From an uncultured Desulfurococcaceae archaeon (GTDB lineage: Archaea; Thermoproteota; Thermoprotei_A; Sulfolobales; NBVN01), in contig CAYZXH010000001.1 of assembly GCA_964482405.1 (NCBI GenBank), forward strand, positions 661-64,660: a stretch of DNA of 64,000 nt, in the 5' to 3' direction. The notes under the pieces are model-generated. The model ran no database searches, was not told where the DNA came from, and saw nothing but the letters and a program-made list of their open reading frames with translations. Position numbers and translations under genes: made by a program. Shown one piece after another: positions 1 to 10,059 of the stretch (position 1 is its first letter; every line of letters begins with the position of its first letter).

Positions 1-19
1 GGTTTTTCTAGAGTCTGAA

Positions 20-1462
20 GTGAGGCCTTCTGAAAAAGTGGTTAAGGCTATCTTAATAAAGAACGTCTCGGCTCATAATCCGGCTAAGGACATTAGCTTG
101 GTTAGACTTATTGGTGTGGCTTTCGATGACTTAAGTGAGTATAGGGAGTGGGTTGAGTATTATGAGGAGGCTATTAGGAGAGATCACAGAGTTCTCGGTC
201 AGAAGCTAGACTTATTCGATTTTTATGAGGAGGCAGGTCCCGGCCTAGTCATATACCACCCTAAAGGGCAGTTAATAAGGGAGGAGTTAATAAAGCTGGT
301 TAAGGAAATAAACAGCAGGCTAGGCTACAGCGAGGTCTACACACCCCACGTTTACAGATCTATATTATGGAAGATTAGCGGTCACTACGACCTCTACAGA
401 GATAAGATGGTCTTAGCGGACGTTGATGGAGAGGAGTACGGGGTTAAGCCGATGAACTGTCCCGGACATATCTTAATATACAAGAGCAGAACCAGGAGCT
501 ATAGAGACCTCCCCATAAGACTTGCTGAGTTCGGCACTGTCTATAGGTGGGAGAAGAGAGGGGAGTTATTCGGTTTACTTAGAGTTAGAGGATTCACGCA
601 AGACGATGGACACGCCTTCGTGAGGGAAGACCAGATTGAGTTAGAGGTTGGGAACATACTTAGGGAGGTCTTTAACCTTCTCTCCTTGTTTGGCATAGCT
701 AGGGAGAATACCAGGATATATCTCTCAACTAAGCCGGAGAAGTACATAGGTTCTGACGAAGCGTGGGATAAAGCGACTCAGTCACTTAAGCGCGCGCTCG
801 ATAAGCTAGGTATTCAGTACGAGGTTAAGGAAGGTGAGGGAGCCTTCTACGGGCCGAAAATAGACGTCCACTTTAGAGACTCTCTAGGTAGGTGGTGGCA
901 ATGCAGCACTATACAAGTAGATTTCGCGTTACCTGAGAGATTCAACCTGGAGTACGTGGATAGTGACGGAAGTAAGAAAAGACCTGTCATGATTCATAGA
1001 GCCATATTAGGGAGTATTGAGAGATTCATGGCCATAATCATAGAAGAGTTTGAGGGCAGGCTACCAACATGGTTAAGCCCTATTCAGGTGGTTGTAGTGC
1101 CTGTGTCCAAGGACGTGGCTGAGTACGTGTTAGAAGTCACGGGAAAGCTTAAGAACGCAGGTATTAGAGCAGTGGAAGACCTAAGTGATGAAACACTCCA
1201 AAAGAAGATAAAGATGGCTTACGAGCAAGCAATACCCTACGTACTAGTAGTCGGGCGTAAGGAAGTAGCGCAGAAAACCGTGACGATCAGGGGTAGGGGG
1301 AACCTGCAAGCAAGTAACGTCCCTCTTGACACATTTATAAGAGAATTAATTGACGAGATTAGAGAAAGAGCTCTAGGTCAGAAAGCTCTAATGAACATTT
1401 TAGGTAGATCGCCCGCACGCCAAGACTTTGGTCATCAGGGCGAGAAACCCTCAACAACCTGA
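20..1462 (+). CDS. thrS: Threonyl-tRNA synthetase (catalytic core plus anticodon-binding domain), probably 5'-truncated by the window edge
   Basis: The frame is open back to nt 2 with no in-frame stop. Class II ThrRS motifs are present: HRVLGQKLDLF, MNCPGH, FTQDDGHAF, RWWQCSTIQVDF. The C-terminal anticodon-binding region contains PIQVVVVPVS. Confidence 0.85.
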   Translation: MRPSEKVVKAILIKNVSAHNPAKDISLVRLIGVAFDDLSEYREWVEYYEEAIRRDHRVLGQKLDLFDFYEEAGPGLVIYHPKGQLIREELIKLVKEINSRLGYSEVYTPHVYRSILWKISGHYDLYRDKMVLADVDGEEYGVKPMNCPGHILIYKSRTRSYRDLPIRLAEFGTVYRWEKRGELFGLLRVRGFTQDDGHAFVREDQIELEVGNILREVFNLLSLFGIARENTRIYLSTKPEKYIGSDEAWDKATQSLKRALDKLGIQYEVKEGEGAFYGPKIDVHFRDSLGRWWQCSTIQVDFALPERFNLEYVDSDGSKKRPVMIHRAILGSIERFMAIIIEEFEGRLPTWLSPIQVVVVPVSKDVAEYVLEVTGKLKNAGIRAVEDLSDETLQKKIKMAYEQAIPYVLVVGRKEVAQKTVTIRGRGNLQASNVPLDTFIRELIDEIRERALGQKALMNILGRSPARQDFGHQGEKPSTT

Positions 1463-1555
1463 TTGCCTGATTCCCAAGGAAGGCCCACCACGCTGACAGC
1501 GCGGGAATTGACGAGAATTTAACAATAAATCAAGAATATTATGTTGGGTAGGTAA

Positions 1556-2560
1556 ATGCACGAAATCCGCTGGAACCCCCTCATTAAGCAGTGGATTATC
1601 GTAGCTCCCCACAGAGCTGTCAGGCCTTGGAGGCCGGATGAGAAGGAAAGCTTCCCTTGCCCATTCTGTCCTGGAGCACCGGAACTCAGGGACTTAAGGT
1701 CTTGGAGCGTGGTGGTTCTGCCTAATAGATACCCCGCGTTACTTCCTAACCCCACCCCGGCATCCGAGCCGGATTTCCCTCTCTATAAAGTGCTAGATGC
1801 TAGGGGCGTGTCTGAAGTCGTCATTGAAACTCCGGAGCATGAAGGAGATCTGCACACACTTAGCCTCGAGCACGTTTGGGGGGTTGTTAGGGTTTATAGG
1901 GAGGAGTATGAGAAGCTCTCCAAGCTTAGTTACGTAGAATACGTCGCTATATTCAGGAATAAAGGGAGAGAGGTAGGGGTTTCTTTAACGCATCCGCACT
2001 CACAGATATACGCCTTACCCTTCATACCGCCTAGGATTGAGGCTGAGATAGAGGCTTTCCAAGATTACTGGAACAAGCGCTCTAAGTGTGTTCTCTGCGA
2101 TATACTAGAGTATGAGCTCAGGCGTAAGTCTAGGCTCGTGTATGAGAACCCTGTTTTCACGGTCTTACTACCTTATTACGCTATGTGGCCCTACGAATTA
2201 CATATCTACGTGAAAAAGCACGTGAGGTCTATTAATGAATTCGGTGACGAGGACCTGAGGTTCCTCGCGGATTCTTTGAGGGTAGTAACAGCCACTTACA
2301 ACACACTTCTAGAACGTGACGCTCCGTACATTATGGCATTACATAACCACCCCTCTAAAGGAGATTACCCATATCATTTCCACGTGGAGTTTTACCAGCC
2401 GTACAGAGACCGAGATAAGTTGAAGTACGCTGCAGGAATTGAGTGGGGTTACTGGACCTTCACTTACGACGGGGTGCCTGAGGAGAGAGCCAAGGAATTA
2501 AGAGAGGCTTGCAGAGAGGGTGTTAAGAAGCTGGGTGATGTGCTTGGGTATTGCTTCTAA
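1556..2560 (+). CDS. galT: Galactose-1-phosphate uridylyltransferase
   Basis: CPFCPG zinc-site motif and HPHSQIYALPF (HxHxQ nucleotidyl-histidine motif of the GalT/HIT superfamily). The length of 334 aa is typical. Confidence 0.85.
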   Translation: MHEIRWNPLIKQWIIVAPHRAVRPWRPDEKESFPCPFCPGAPELRDLRSWSVVVLPNRYPALLPNPTPASEPDFPLYKVLDARGVSEVVIETPEHEGDLHTLSLEHVWGVVRVYREEYEKLSKLSYVEYVAIFRNKGREVGVSLTHPHSQIYALPFIPPRIEAEIEAFQDYWNKRSKCVLCDILEYELRRKSRLVYENPVFTVLLPYYAMWPYELHIYVKKHVRSINEFGDEDLRFLADSLRVVTATYNTLLERDAPYIMALHNHPSKGDYPYHFHVEFYQPYRDRDKLKYAAGIEWGYWTFTYDGVPEERAKELREACREGVKKLGDVLGYCF

Positions 2561-3857
2561 CGTTCTTGCTAAATCCTTGAGAGAGTTTAAGAAATTCTTT
2601 AGTGATTCACCTTCCTTGATCGCGTCCTCGCCGGGACGTCTAGACTTCCTTAATACACATCAGGACTACAAGGGTTTGCCTGTCGTTTCAGTAGCTATTA
2701 ATAAGAGAGCTTACGTAGCTATATCGGAAGCCAGGGCTACATCGAGAGTAATTTCCCTGAATTTGTGTGAAGAAGGTAATGAGTGCGTGGATATCTTCGA
2801 TGTTAACGATGTTTCGCTAAGGAGTGGGGAGTGGTTCGGTAACTACGTTAGGTCCGTCATTATAGCTCTCCGTGAGAAAGGATTTGAGGTGAGAAACTTT
2901 AACATGCTCATTTATAGTGAAGTACCCATAGCTTCCGGGCTAGCTAGTAGCGCGGCTCTGCAAGTAGCTACTCTCACAGGCTTAAACGAGTTGTTTAGGT
3001 TAAGGCTGTCTAGGCAGGAAATCGCTGAACTAGCTTACCAGAGTGAGCATGAAGTGATGGGCGTTCCTTGCGGGAGGCTAGATCAGTACGGTTCCGTGAT
3101 GGGAGGCATTACGTTGATAGAGACGAAACCCCCTTTTAGGACTAAGACCTTCAAGGGGTTCCCGCTAAAGTTCGTAGTCTTAGACTCAGGCATTAAGCAC
3201 TCTACCAGGAGCGTTCACTCAGCGCGGATAAGAGAGCTTGTTAACGGATTACATGACTTACTGAAGTCTTCGAAGCTCTCGGAAGACGTTAGAACATTCT
3301 TGAAGGAAGATGTTTATGAAACGGATTGGGGTGATCTTAAGTTAGAGGTGCTTGCACCATTACTAGAGGACGTGAACCCAACGTCAAGAAAGAGAATAGT
3401 GTTCACGCTGAAGATGCATGCATCAACAATACTAGCGCTAAAATTGATCGAGGAAGGCTGGACTAAGGATTTGAACGCGTTAATAGAGGATTTTCTAGAG
3501 AAGGAATGCCCTGATTGTTTAATTGCTTCCTCTAAGTCCGGCAACGGCGTACTGAGGCTTCTTGGCGGGTTAATAAATTACCAGCATGTCCTACTAAGAG
3601 ATCTCTATGAGGTAAGTACTCCCGAGCTGGAAGTAATTAGGATGAAAGCGTTAGAAGCGGGTGCCTTAGGCGTGAAAATTTCCGGTGCGGGTATGGGAGG
3701 CTCTTTACTCGCCTTAATTGGGAGTGAGGAGGAGGGACGTAAAGTATTGCATCAAATCAGGGATATTGTGAGGAGAGGCTGGATCGTCTCGGTTGATGAT
3801 GGGGCTAGAATAGATTATGAGAAGGGAGCACGAGTTAGTAATGAAAACTTTGTTTAA
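2520..3857 (+). CDS. galK: Galactokinase (GHMP kinase)
   Basis: SSPGRLDFLNTHQDY galactokinase signature, PIASGLASSAAL GHMP motif II and GAGMGGSLLAL motif III. The 41-nt overlap with galT suggests the true start is the ATG at 2538. Confidence 0.85.
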   Translation: MLRSWVMCLGIASNVLAKSLREFKKFFSDSPSLIASSPGRLDFLNTHQDYKGLPVVSVAINKRAYVAISEARATSRVISLNLCEEGNECVDIFDVNDVSLRSGEWFGNYVRSVIIALREKGFEVRNFNMLIYSEVPIASGLASSAALQVATLTGLNELFRLRLSRQEIAELAYQSEHEVMGVPCGRLDQYGSVMGGITLIETKPPFRTKTFKGFPLKFVVLDSGIKHSTRSVHSARIRELVNGLHDLLKSSKLSEDVRTFLKEDVYETDWGDLKLEVLAPLLEDVNPTSRKRIVFTLKMHASTILALKLIEEGWTKDLNALIEDFLEKECPDCLIASSKSGNGVLRLLGGLINYQHVLLRDLYEVSTPELEVIRMKALEAGALGVKISGAGMGGSLLALIGSEEEGRKVLHQIRDIVRRGWIVSVDDGARIDYEKGARVSNENFV

Positions 3858-3869
3858 GCCCCCAAACCT

Positions 3870-5213
3870 CTACATGCTTCTTTCAGCTAGAGTCTTCCTC
3901 AACTTTTTCTTATCTTTTTCATACGTTCTGAAAGCGGGGAGCCATAATAACGCGCACGGAACCCATAAAAGACTTACTGCTATTAGACCAAGCAACATGT
4001 TGTCTGGTTCTGGAACACCGTTTGATTGGAAGAACACCATAAAGGCACTAGCTATTACTGGACCAAAGGCAGACCCTATATTATCCGTTATGTTGAACAT
4101 CCCGAAAATAGTTCCTCTATGTTCTGGCAACGATACTTCGCTGAGGACTGCGGGGACGTTTGGGGCTGCGAAAGTCACGAAGATCATTCCGAGTAGGCTA
4201 ATTACGATTACTGGGATTAGTGCGGTAAGCGTTTCTTCACCGTAAGGATAAGGATATGAGAGAAGCGTTATTACCGTGAACGTGCCTATAAGAATGCCGG
4301 TGAAAGGCACTATCAGCCTACCCTTAGATAGACCCTTACCTATAAGCTTGTCTGTGAGGAGCCCGCCTACGAAGTACCCCATCATCATTCCCATGCCGGC
4401 TACGAACACTATGAAAGTTGCTGTAGCCTCAGATAATCCCCACTTTTCCTGAAAGAACGTGGGTGCCCAATAAGGTATCGCGCCCCACGGGAAAGTTCCA
4501 GGAATCCCTTGAAGGTACATAAATATCAGCGTTGGGGTAGTGACTAATGCCGCGAAGAATTCTCTTAGATTTATCCTAAACTTGTACTCGTAACCCATCT
4601 CGTAGAACTTCCTTATTTCCGGCTCAGCATACCCTAGCTTCACCTCCTTGACGGTCAACAAAAATAGCGGGACTAAGACGAAATTAGGCGCTGCTGCTAT
4701 CATGAACGGAACCCTCCAACTCAGACCTGTGCTTAGGACTATCCCGGCTAATAGCATCCCGAGAAGCACTCCGAAACCAGAACCAAAGTTATATAACGCG
4801 TAGCCCTTACCCCTCTCCTCTGGGGGGTAAAGATCGGAGATCAACGCTCTAGCTACTGGTGCCGCCCCATTTATCCCAACACCCGTCAACGCCCGAAGGA
4901 CTAACATCTGGTAGTAGTCGTTTGCGAAAGCGGTCAGAAAACACGGTATCTCGCCAACAAGCACCGCTACCGCAAACAGCAATCTCCTACTTAATTTATC
5001 TGCGAGATATCCCCACACAAACGTTGTGATTATTCCGGAGAGTACCGGGATAGTTCCTAGCAACCCTGCATAATAGTACCAGTCTTCCTCTCCGCCGATG
5101 ATTATACCCTCATTTCTTAAAGTTCTTAACATCGGAGCTATTAGATTTTGATCCGCGTAAAGCATCGTCAGCATAGTGATAAAGAATAGAATCGTGAACT
5201 TTTTGACGACCAT
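3870..5213 (-). CDS. MFS transporter (possible sugar or galactoside permease by context)
   Basis: About 12 hydrophobic segments. GYLADKLSRRLL matches MFS motif A between TM2 and TM3. It sits adjacent to glycosidase genes. Confidence 0.7.
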   Translation of the reverse strand: MVVKKFTILFFITMLTMLYADQNLIAPMLRTLRNEGIIIGGEEDWYYYAGLLGTIPVLSGIITTFVWGYLADKLSRRLLFAVAVLVGEIPCFLTAFANDYYQMLVLRALTGVGINGAAPVARALISDLYPPEERGKGYALYNFGSGFGVLLGMLLAGIVLSTGLSWRVPFMIAAAPNFVLVPLFLLTVKEVKLGYAEPEIRKFYEMGYEYKFRINLREFFAALVTTPTLIFMYLQGIPGTFPWGAIPYWAPTFFQEKWGLSEATATFIVFVAGMGMMMGYFVGGLLTDKLIGKGLSKGRLIVPFTGILIGTFTVITLLSYPYPYGEETLTALIPVIVISLLGMIFVTFAAPNVPAVLSEVSLPEHRGTIFGMFNITDNIGSAFGPVIASAFMVFFQSNGVPEPDNMLLGLIAVSLLWVPCALLWLPAFRTYEKDKKKLRKTLAERSM

Positions 5214-5225
5214 ATTTCACGCACC

Positions 5226-7373
5226 TCACAGCTCGTGTAAAACCCCTTCTCTCAGACTTATCTCAATAATATCACCGTCTTTGTAATAAATAAGTGTGCC
5301 TGGAGCTCTTGTTTCAACGCTAGTTTCATTCTTTATTCTGATAGGGTATGGCGGCAGGAGATAATCCCTGAGACCTACCACGCCTAACCCGTCCTCTATC
5401 CTAGTAAACACTAATACATCGGCTTCTAACTCATCTAATTCTATTTCTACTCTCTCGTCTGGACTATCTACGAGGAATCTCTCGTTAGTTAATACTCTGT
5501 ACACTAAGTAATCACCACGCGGTATGCGATACTTTGTGAAAGCTAGTGAAACGTTATCCTTAACTACGCCACCATGACGGTATACGTTGCCAACTCCTAT
5601 CACGAAATGTTTCCCTACCTTTGTAAAAGCCTTAAGTAGTACGGGCTCCATGTAGGGGTTTTTGAACAATATGTCTAGGGTGGGTAGGGCCGGCTCCTCT
5701 GGTTTCACGACATCACCATCTGGTAAGAGAATTTTCCTTAGTAAGACAAAGTTAGTCTTGTCTGCTTCCCTGTCCGTAATGTATATAGGCCCGCCACTCA
5801 AGATTCTGAAAATCAGGTGAAGGAGTGAGGCTTCGTCATAGGTTATGAACATATCGTAGTCGGGGTAAGCTATTTGAGACACTAGCAAACTATTGTAGAG
5901 GCAGAGATAATTATGTAATTTAGCTCCGGAGCGCCAGAAAGGAACGTAATCTATTGAAGCTCTCACCACATTACTTCTCCAATAATTGAAGAGGCAGGAG
6001 GGGGTCATCGACATACAGTTAAGTATTTCCAGTCCTGACTCAACGGAAGCTTCCTGCAACGCGTTTTGAGCTTTCTTAGCTACAGACCCTGCATTCTCTA
6101 CACCCAAGTAAAGTGGCTCAATAATCCACTGATTATCTACCTTAACGAAAGAAAACCCCTCTTTATTAAGTTTGCTGTAGAGGTTCTTATACGCTCTGAA
6201 GTACTCACTAAATGAAGGAGATAACGCACACCCTGGCTGTATTAACGATTTAATCGTCGCCACATTAAGTTCGTTAGCCACTCTCTCAGAGAAACCTCCC
6301 CAGTGGAGATTTAAAGTATGCCATAAACCTACGTGTCGTATTCCTAGATTCTTTAGTTCTCTCACTAGGGTGGAAAACCCTCCCTCAAATTTTTCACTAT
6401 TTGGTTCTAGATCTTCAAGTACTCTAAGCTTGATAGGTGCGTATCCAGGTATTCGGAGCTCCTCCTCCTTCTCTGCTTGCCAGCCATCATCTATTATGAC
6501 GTACGAGAGCCTAATCCCTCTTACTATTAAGTCTCTAACTACGCTGAGTACGTTCTTTGAAGTTAAGTCACGTAACCCTAGGGCGTTCCAAGAACACCAG
6601 CCAAGACCACTAAAGTTTTTAGGTTTCTCTTTATGAACACGTAGTTTAAAGTTAAGCCTTAAACTAGCTTGCTCAAATAATCTTTCAATTAATTCGTACG
6701 GGTTGTTCTTGAGGCCTAGGGCAGCAAGCCAAGTGAACCTTAACGTGTCTTCTTCAAATCCTGTGTACGGCTTGATACACGTACCTGGGTGAAAGTACGT
6801 TACTGAGTTATCCGCGAGCCCTAACGCCGCGAAGTAGTATTCTCTAATTCTCGATAAGATCATGACAGTGAATGAGGGTATTTTACCTATATCGTCAACA
6901 TGAATTGGGTACAACCACGCAGGTACTGAGCCATAATGTTGGATCACGTCTAAGGGTGCGTGCTGGGAAGGGAGGGATATATTCTCTGGCGGAGGAACCC
7001 CTTTCTCAACACCTAGTACCTTCATATTGTAATACCTCATAGCGGTCTCATACGTTTTCCCTAGGAAGTTTAGATTCGTTAAGACAAGTGTTTTCTCCGG
7101 TAATGGTTTTATCGAGATCTTGATTTCTAAAGGCTCAATACCCAGTTTTTGTGAGGACGTGAGTATTCCCGCGCCAAGCACTGAAATCCCATCGTTTTCG
7201 TCAATTCTTAATTCCAGGTTATAACCGTCATCCTCGAAAACGTAAAGCGTGGACTTATTAACTTCCTGAATAAGTGTGGGGCGACGTTTGATCTCGCGTT
7301 CTTCATTAACTCCCAGAATCTTTATTGACTCAATCCGGATATCAACGTTTTTATTACTAATTAGTTTAATCAA
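5226..7373 (-). CDS. GH36-type alpha-galactosidase / raffinose-synthase-like glycoside hydrolase
   Basis: GWCSWNALG, VIIDDGWQ and KVDNQ motifs are characteristic of the GH36/raffinose synthase clan. At 715 aa it is comparable with the Sulfolobus GalS-type enzymes. Confidence 0.7.
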   Translation of the reverse strand: MIKLISNKNVDIRIESIKILGVNEEREIKRRPTLIQEVNKSTLYVFEDDGYNLELRIDENDGISVLGAGILTSSQKLGIEPLEIKISIKPLPEKTLVLTNLNFLGKTYETAMRYYNMKVLGVEKGVPPPENISLPSQHAPLDVIQHYGSVPAWLYPIHVDDIGKIPSFTVMILSRIREYYFAALGLADNSVTYFHPGTCIKPYTGFEEDTLRFTWLAALGLKNNPYELIERLFEQASLRLNFKLRVHKEKPKNFSGLGWCSWNALGLRDLTSKNVLSVVRDLIVRGIRLSYVIIDDGWQAEKEEELRIPGYAPIKLRVLEDLEPNSEKFEGGFSTLVRELKNLGIRHVGLWHTLNLHWGGFSERVANELNVATIKSLIQPGCALSPSFSEYFRAYKNLYSKLNKEGFSFVKVDNQWIIEPLYLGVENAGSVAKKAQNALQEASVESGLEILNCMSMTPSCLFNYWRSNVVRASIDYVPFWRSGAKLHNYLCLYNSLLVSQIAYPDYDMFITYDEASLLHLIFRILSGGPIYITDREADKTNFVLLRKILLPDGDVVKPEEPALPTLDILFKNPYMEPVLLKAFTKVGKHFVIGVGNVYRHGGVVKDNVSLAFTKYRIPRGDYLVYRVLTNERFLVDSPDERVEIELDELEADVLVFTRIEDGLGVVGLRDYLLPPYPIRIKNETSVETRAPGTLIYYKDGDIIEISLREGVLHEL

Positions 7374-7399
7374 GTTTAATCAACTCGGTCCTTAAGATT

Positions 7400-8851
7400 C
7401 TAAACGAATAGTATGTCTTCAGGTATTTCGTGTCTCGTCGCTATTTCCTTGAAGAATAACGCACTAGGTCTTAGATACCTCTTCTTAGTCGAGAAGGCTA
7501 CCTTAACTAAGCCGAATCTCATGTTGAAGCCCATGGCCCACTCATAATTGTCTATTAAAGCCCAGTGCAGGTAGCCTCTAACATCAATTCCTTTCTCTAA
7601 AGCTCTCAAAACACTTAGGAGATGTGTTAAGATGTAGGAAGACCTGTATTTATCTGCGGAGTCTGCTATGCCGTTCTCGGTCACAATTATCGGGAGTTTA
7701 TACCTCTCGTATACTTCGAGCAACACCTTCTCCAGGCCTTCCGGGTAGGTTTCCCAGCCGAAGTCGCTACAGGGTTTACCAGCCTTACTCAGCTCGTCAG
7801 GCGTACAGAGAAATCCGTAACCCGGAACATACCTCCACCCAGTCATTAGCTTCTTATCTGACGTAACAACCATTCGTGTGTAGTAGTTCACGCCTATCCA
7901 GTCAAGCCTGTTCCTCAGCGAATCTGATGATACCAGCATGGATGACCCCTGAGTGACAGAGTCTATGAATAAGTGATTATACAATAGTGACGCGTTAAAC
8001 GCTGCGGAAACATCGTCTGAATTCTCAGGATTCAAAGGCTCAAAACACATGAAGTTATGTATTACGCCAACAGGTTTCTTAGTGACTTCTTTTAAAGTAT
8101 CGTAAGCTCTTGCGTGAGCGATTATCTGGTTTCTCAGCGCGACCATGGTGTACTCCATGCTTGCGAGTCCCGGGGGAAAGCCGGACTTGACGTTTAAGTA
8201 GCCTGCAGTAGCCACTACGTTAGGTTCGTTAAGCGTGCTCCACATATCTACTAGATCGGAAAACTCGCGCGCTACTAGGTAAGCATATTTTGCGAACTCT
8301 ATAATAGAATCTTCGCTTAACCAACCTGAGGGTGCTGAAGTGACTCCGCGAAGCCTTAGTTCTACCGGGTTGTGAAGCCAGGAGGGGAGGGTGAAGTGAT
8401 TTAAATTAAGTATTAATTTCTTTCCCCTGCTAACCCAGTCTTTAAGTAGGTACCTATAAGTCTCTATCGCTTTCTTATTAGCTAATTCTCGAAGCAAGTT
8501 TAAGGTATTCTCGTTCATCTCAACGCGAGTTATAACTCCCTCCTCATCTCTTTCTACGGCGACTGGTACTTGCTTAGTAGATTTAGGGAAGATCCTACTC
8601 CACTCTACACCTAGTCTTAACGTGTTAGCACCTAATCTCTCAGCTATTTCATGGTCTATCTTGTAAAGCGTCAGGTAACCAGGGCCTTCCTCAGGTAAAT
8701 GCCCGCTTACGATGCCTGAAGCGATATTATCAGGGTCGTGAACCCATATCCACCAGTCAGTATTGGGGTCCGTCTGATCAGGGAAACCCATCTCAAACTG
8801 AAAACCTGATTCACTAAAACCAAGTAAGAAGTCCGGCGGAAACTTCATCAT
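7400..8851 (-). CDS. GH1 beta-glycosidase (LacS-like beta-galactosidase/glucosidase)
   Basis: Acid/base TLNEPN and nucleophile ITENGIA motifs. End-to-end resemblance to archaeal GH1 enzymes, e.g. DPNTDWWIWVHDP and RPSALFFKEIA. Confidence 0.9.
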   Translation of the reverse strand: MMKFPPDFLLGFSESGFQFEMGFPDQTDPNTDWWIWVHDPDNIASGIVSGHLPEEGPGYLTLYKIDHEIAERLGANTLRLGVEWSRIFPKSTKQVPVAVERDEEGVITRVEMNENTLNLLRELANKKAIETYRYLLKDWVSRGKKLILNLNHFTLPSWLHNPVELRLRGVTSAPSGWLSEDSIIEFAKYAYLVAREFSDLVDMWSTLNEPNVVATAGYLNVKSGFPPGLASMEYTMVALRNQIIAHARAYDTLKEVTKKPVGVIHNFMCFEPLNPENSDDVSAAFNASLLYNHLFIDSVTQGSSMLVSSDSLRNRLDWIGVNYYTRMVVTSDKKLMTGWRYVPGYGFLCTPDELSKAGKPCSDFGWETYPEGLEKVLLEVYERYKLPIIVTENGIADSADKYRSSYILTHLLSVLRALEKGIDVRGYLHWALIDNYEWAMGFNMRFGLVKVAFSTKKRYLRPSALFFKEIATRHEIPEDILFV

Positions 8852-8932
8852 AGTTCATGACCTTAATATATATCAACAAAAAGATAAAAAACTTTACAAG
8901 AAGAACGAGATGTGATTTAGTGAAAACATATT

Positions 8933-9316
8933 CTAAGACGTGAGAGAACTTGGGGTATCTCTTATGTCGAATTTTATCGTGCCGTAGCCTTTAACCGTAA
9001 CAACGAGAGTTATTTTATGCTCCCCTGGCTCAAGCTTCGCTCCATCTACTCTTATAGTCGACGTCATGTTTAGCGAGAATTTAACGGGATTCGATTCTGC
9101 TATGTCTTTGTTTGAGATGCTAGTTGTTCCAGCAATTAACGTAACATTTTCTAAGGGTATTTGTGTGTCGTCAACGTATATTTCTAGCGGCTTAACTAGC
9201 TCAGCGTCTGCAAGAACGTTCCTTAGTGAGAACTCAAAACCGTTCTCAACGTTCTTGAGACTTCCTTTAACGTAAAGTCTCCTTAGAATGAATGCAGGCA
9301 CGCTCACTAAACACAC
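8933..9316 (-). CDS. Hypothetical protein, beta-rich
   Basis: 127-aa ORF with a GTG start overlapped by a GAGGTG-like SD. No recognisable motif. The antisense ORF 9066..9275 looks like a shadow. Confidence 0.35.
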   Translation of the reverse strand: MCLVSVPAFILRRLYVKGSLKNVENGFEFSLRNVLADAELVKPLEIYVDDTQIPLENVTLIAGTTSISNKDIAESNPVKFSLNMTSTIRVDGAKLEPGEHKITLVVTVKGYGTIKFDIRDTPSSLTS

Positions 9317-9477
9317 CTCACAGATTTCAAGGATTCATACATGAATATCTTGTGAAGGGATTAATAAATTTCTGTGAGTTAATAAAGTGTTGAGGCGGGT
9401 TTAATAACTCTGTAGTAGAGAATGTTGCGGGGGTCCTTACGCCTCTACTAGATGTTAGGTGTAGGGATATAGCTAGG

Positions 9478-9846
9478 ATGCTTGTGGAAGGTCCTAGGAC
9501 GCGGAAAGAGATAGGTGTTAAGTTACGTGAGAAGTATCCTAAACTTAGAGCGCGTGGTGCTTGGGTAAAGTACGTGTTGCTTTCGTGGAATCCGCTAGTG
9601 GTGAAGGTAGGGGATGATGTTTGGGGCTTAAGCGATTTAGGGAAGGCCTTAACAAAATTACCAGGGGAATTAGGGGCTCCTCTAACAACTGAGGAGAAAG
9701 CTTTCATGTTAGGTCTGATGATGCTTGATGAAGAACAAAGAAGAATCATTAGTGAATTGGTGATAACGGGTAAATCTACACATGAGAGTAAGTGGCTCGT
9801 CAATTTAACTAAGAGAGCCTTAATTAATATGGGTCTATTACGTTAA
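9478..9846 (+). CDS. Hypothetical protein, possibly winged-helix-like
   Basis: 122-aa ORF with balanced, basic composition (EGPRTRKEIGVKLREKYPKL). It is preferred over the Ser/Pro-rich antisense ORF 9327..9803. An oligo-T tract follows the stop. Confidence 0.4.
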   Translation: MLVEGPRTRKEIGVKLREKYPKLRARGAWVKYVLLSWNPLVVKVGDDVWGLSDLGKALTKLPGELGAPLTTEEKAFMLGLMMLDEEQRRIISELVITGKSTHESKWLVNLTKRALINMGLLR

Positions 9847-9947
9847 CTACGAAATTCAAAAATAATTATTTTTATCAAAAATACATGCTTACGACAACAT
9901 CGCCGTGAACATATTGTAAAATTAATGATTTTTCTTTTAAGGTTAAG

Positions 9948-10016
9948 AGCGTTTCCCCGCTAACGAATCTACAAATATTTACGGATACCAACGAATACCA
10001 TTAGCGGGGAAACGCT
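9948..10016. repeat. Perfect 16-bp inverted repeat (AGCGTTTCCCCGCTAA / TTAGCGGGGAAACGCT) around a 37-nt spacer
   Basis: Read directly from the sequence. The GC-rich arms lie at 9948-9963 and 10001-10016, inside an AT-rich intergenic region upstream of the cstA operon. Confidence 0.7.
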
Positions 10017-10059
10017 TTTAAATGCTTCTTCGGTATATACTATTTGAGGTGTCCCTTTC

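Noticed and set aside
3817-4245. 142-aa plus-strand ORF after galK
   Set aside because: It lies antisense within the MFS transporter gene, which has a clear MFS motif and TM pattern.
9327-9803. 158-aa minus-strand ORF overlapping the 122-aa plus-strand ORF
   Set aside because: Its Ser/Pro/Thr-rich, low-complexity composition is typical of an antisense shadow frame. The plus-strand ORF has balanced composition and a plausible terminator.
9948-10016. C/D-box sRNA interpretation of the inverted repeat
   Set aside because: No RUGAUGA (C) or CUGA (D) boxes occur at the expected positions on either strand.
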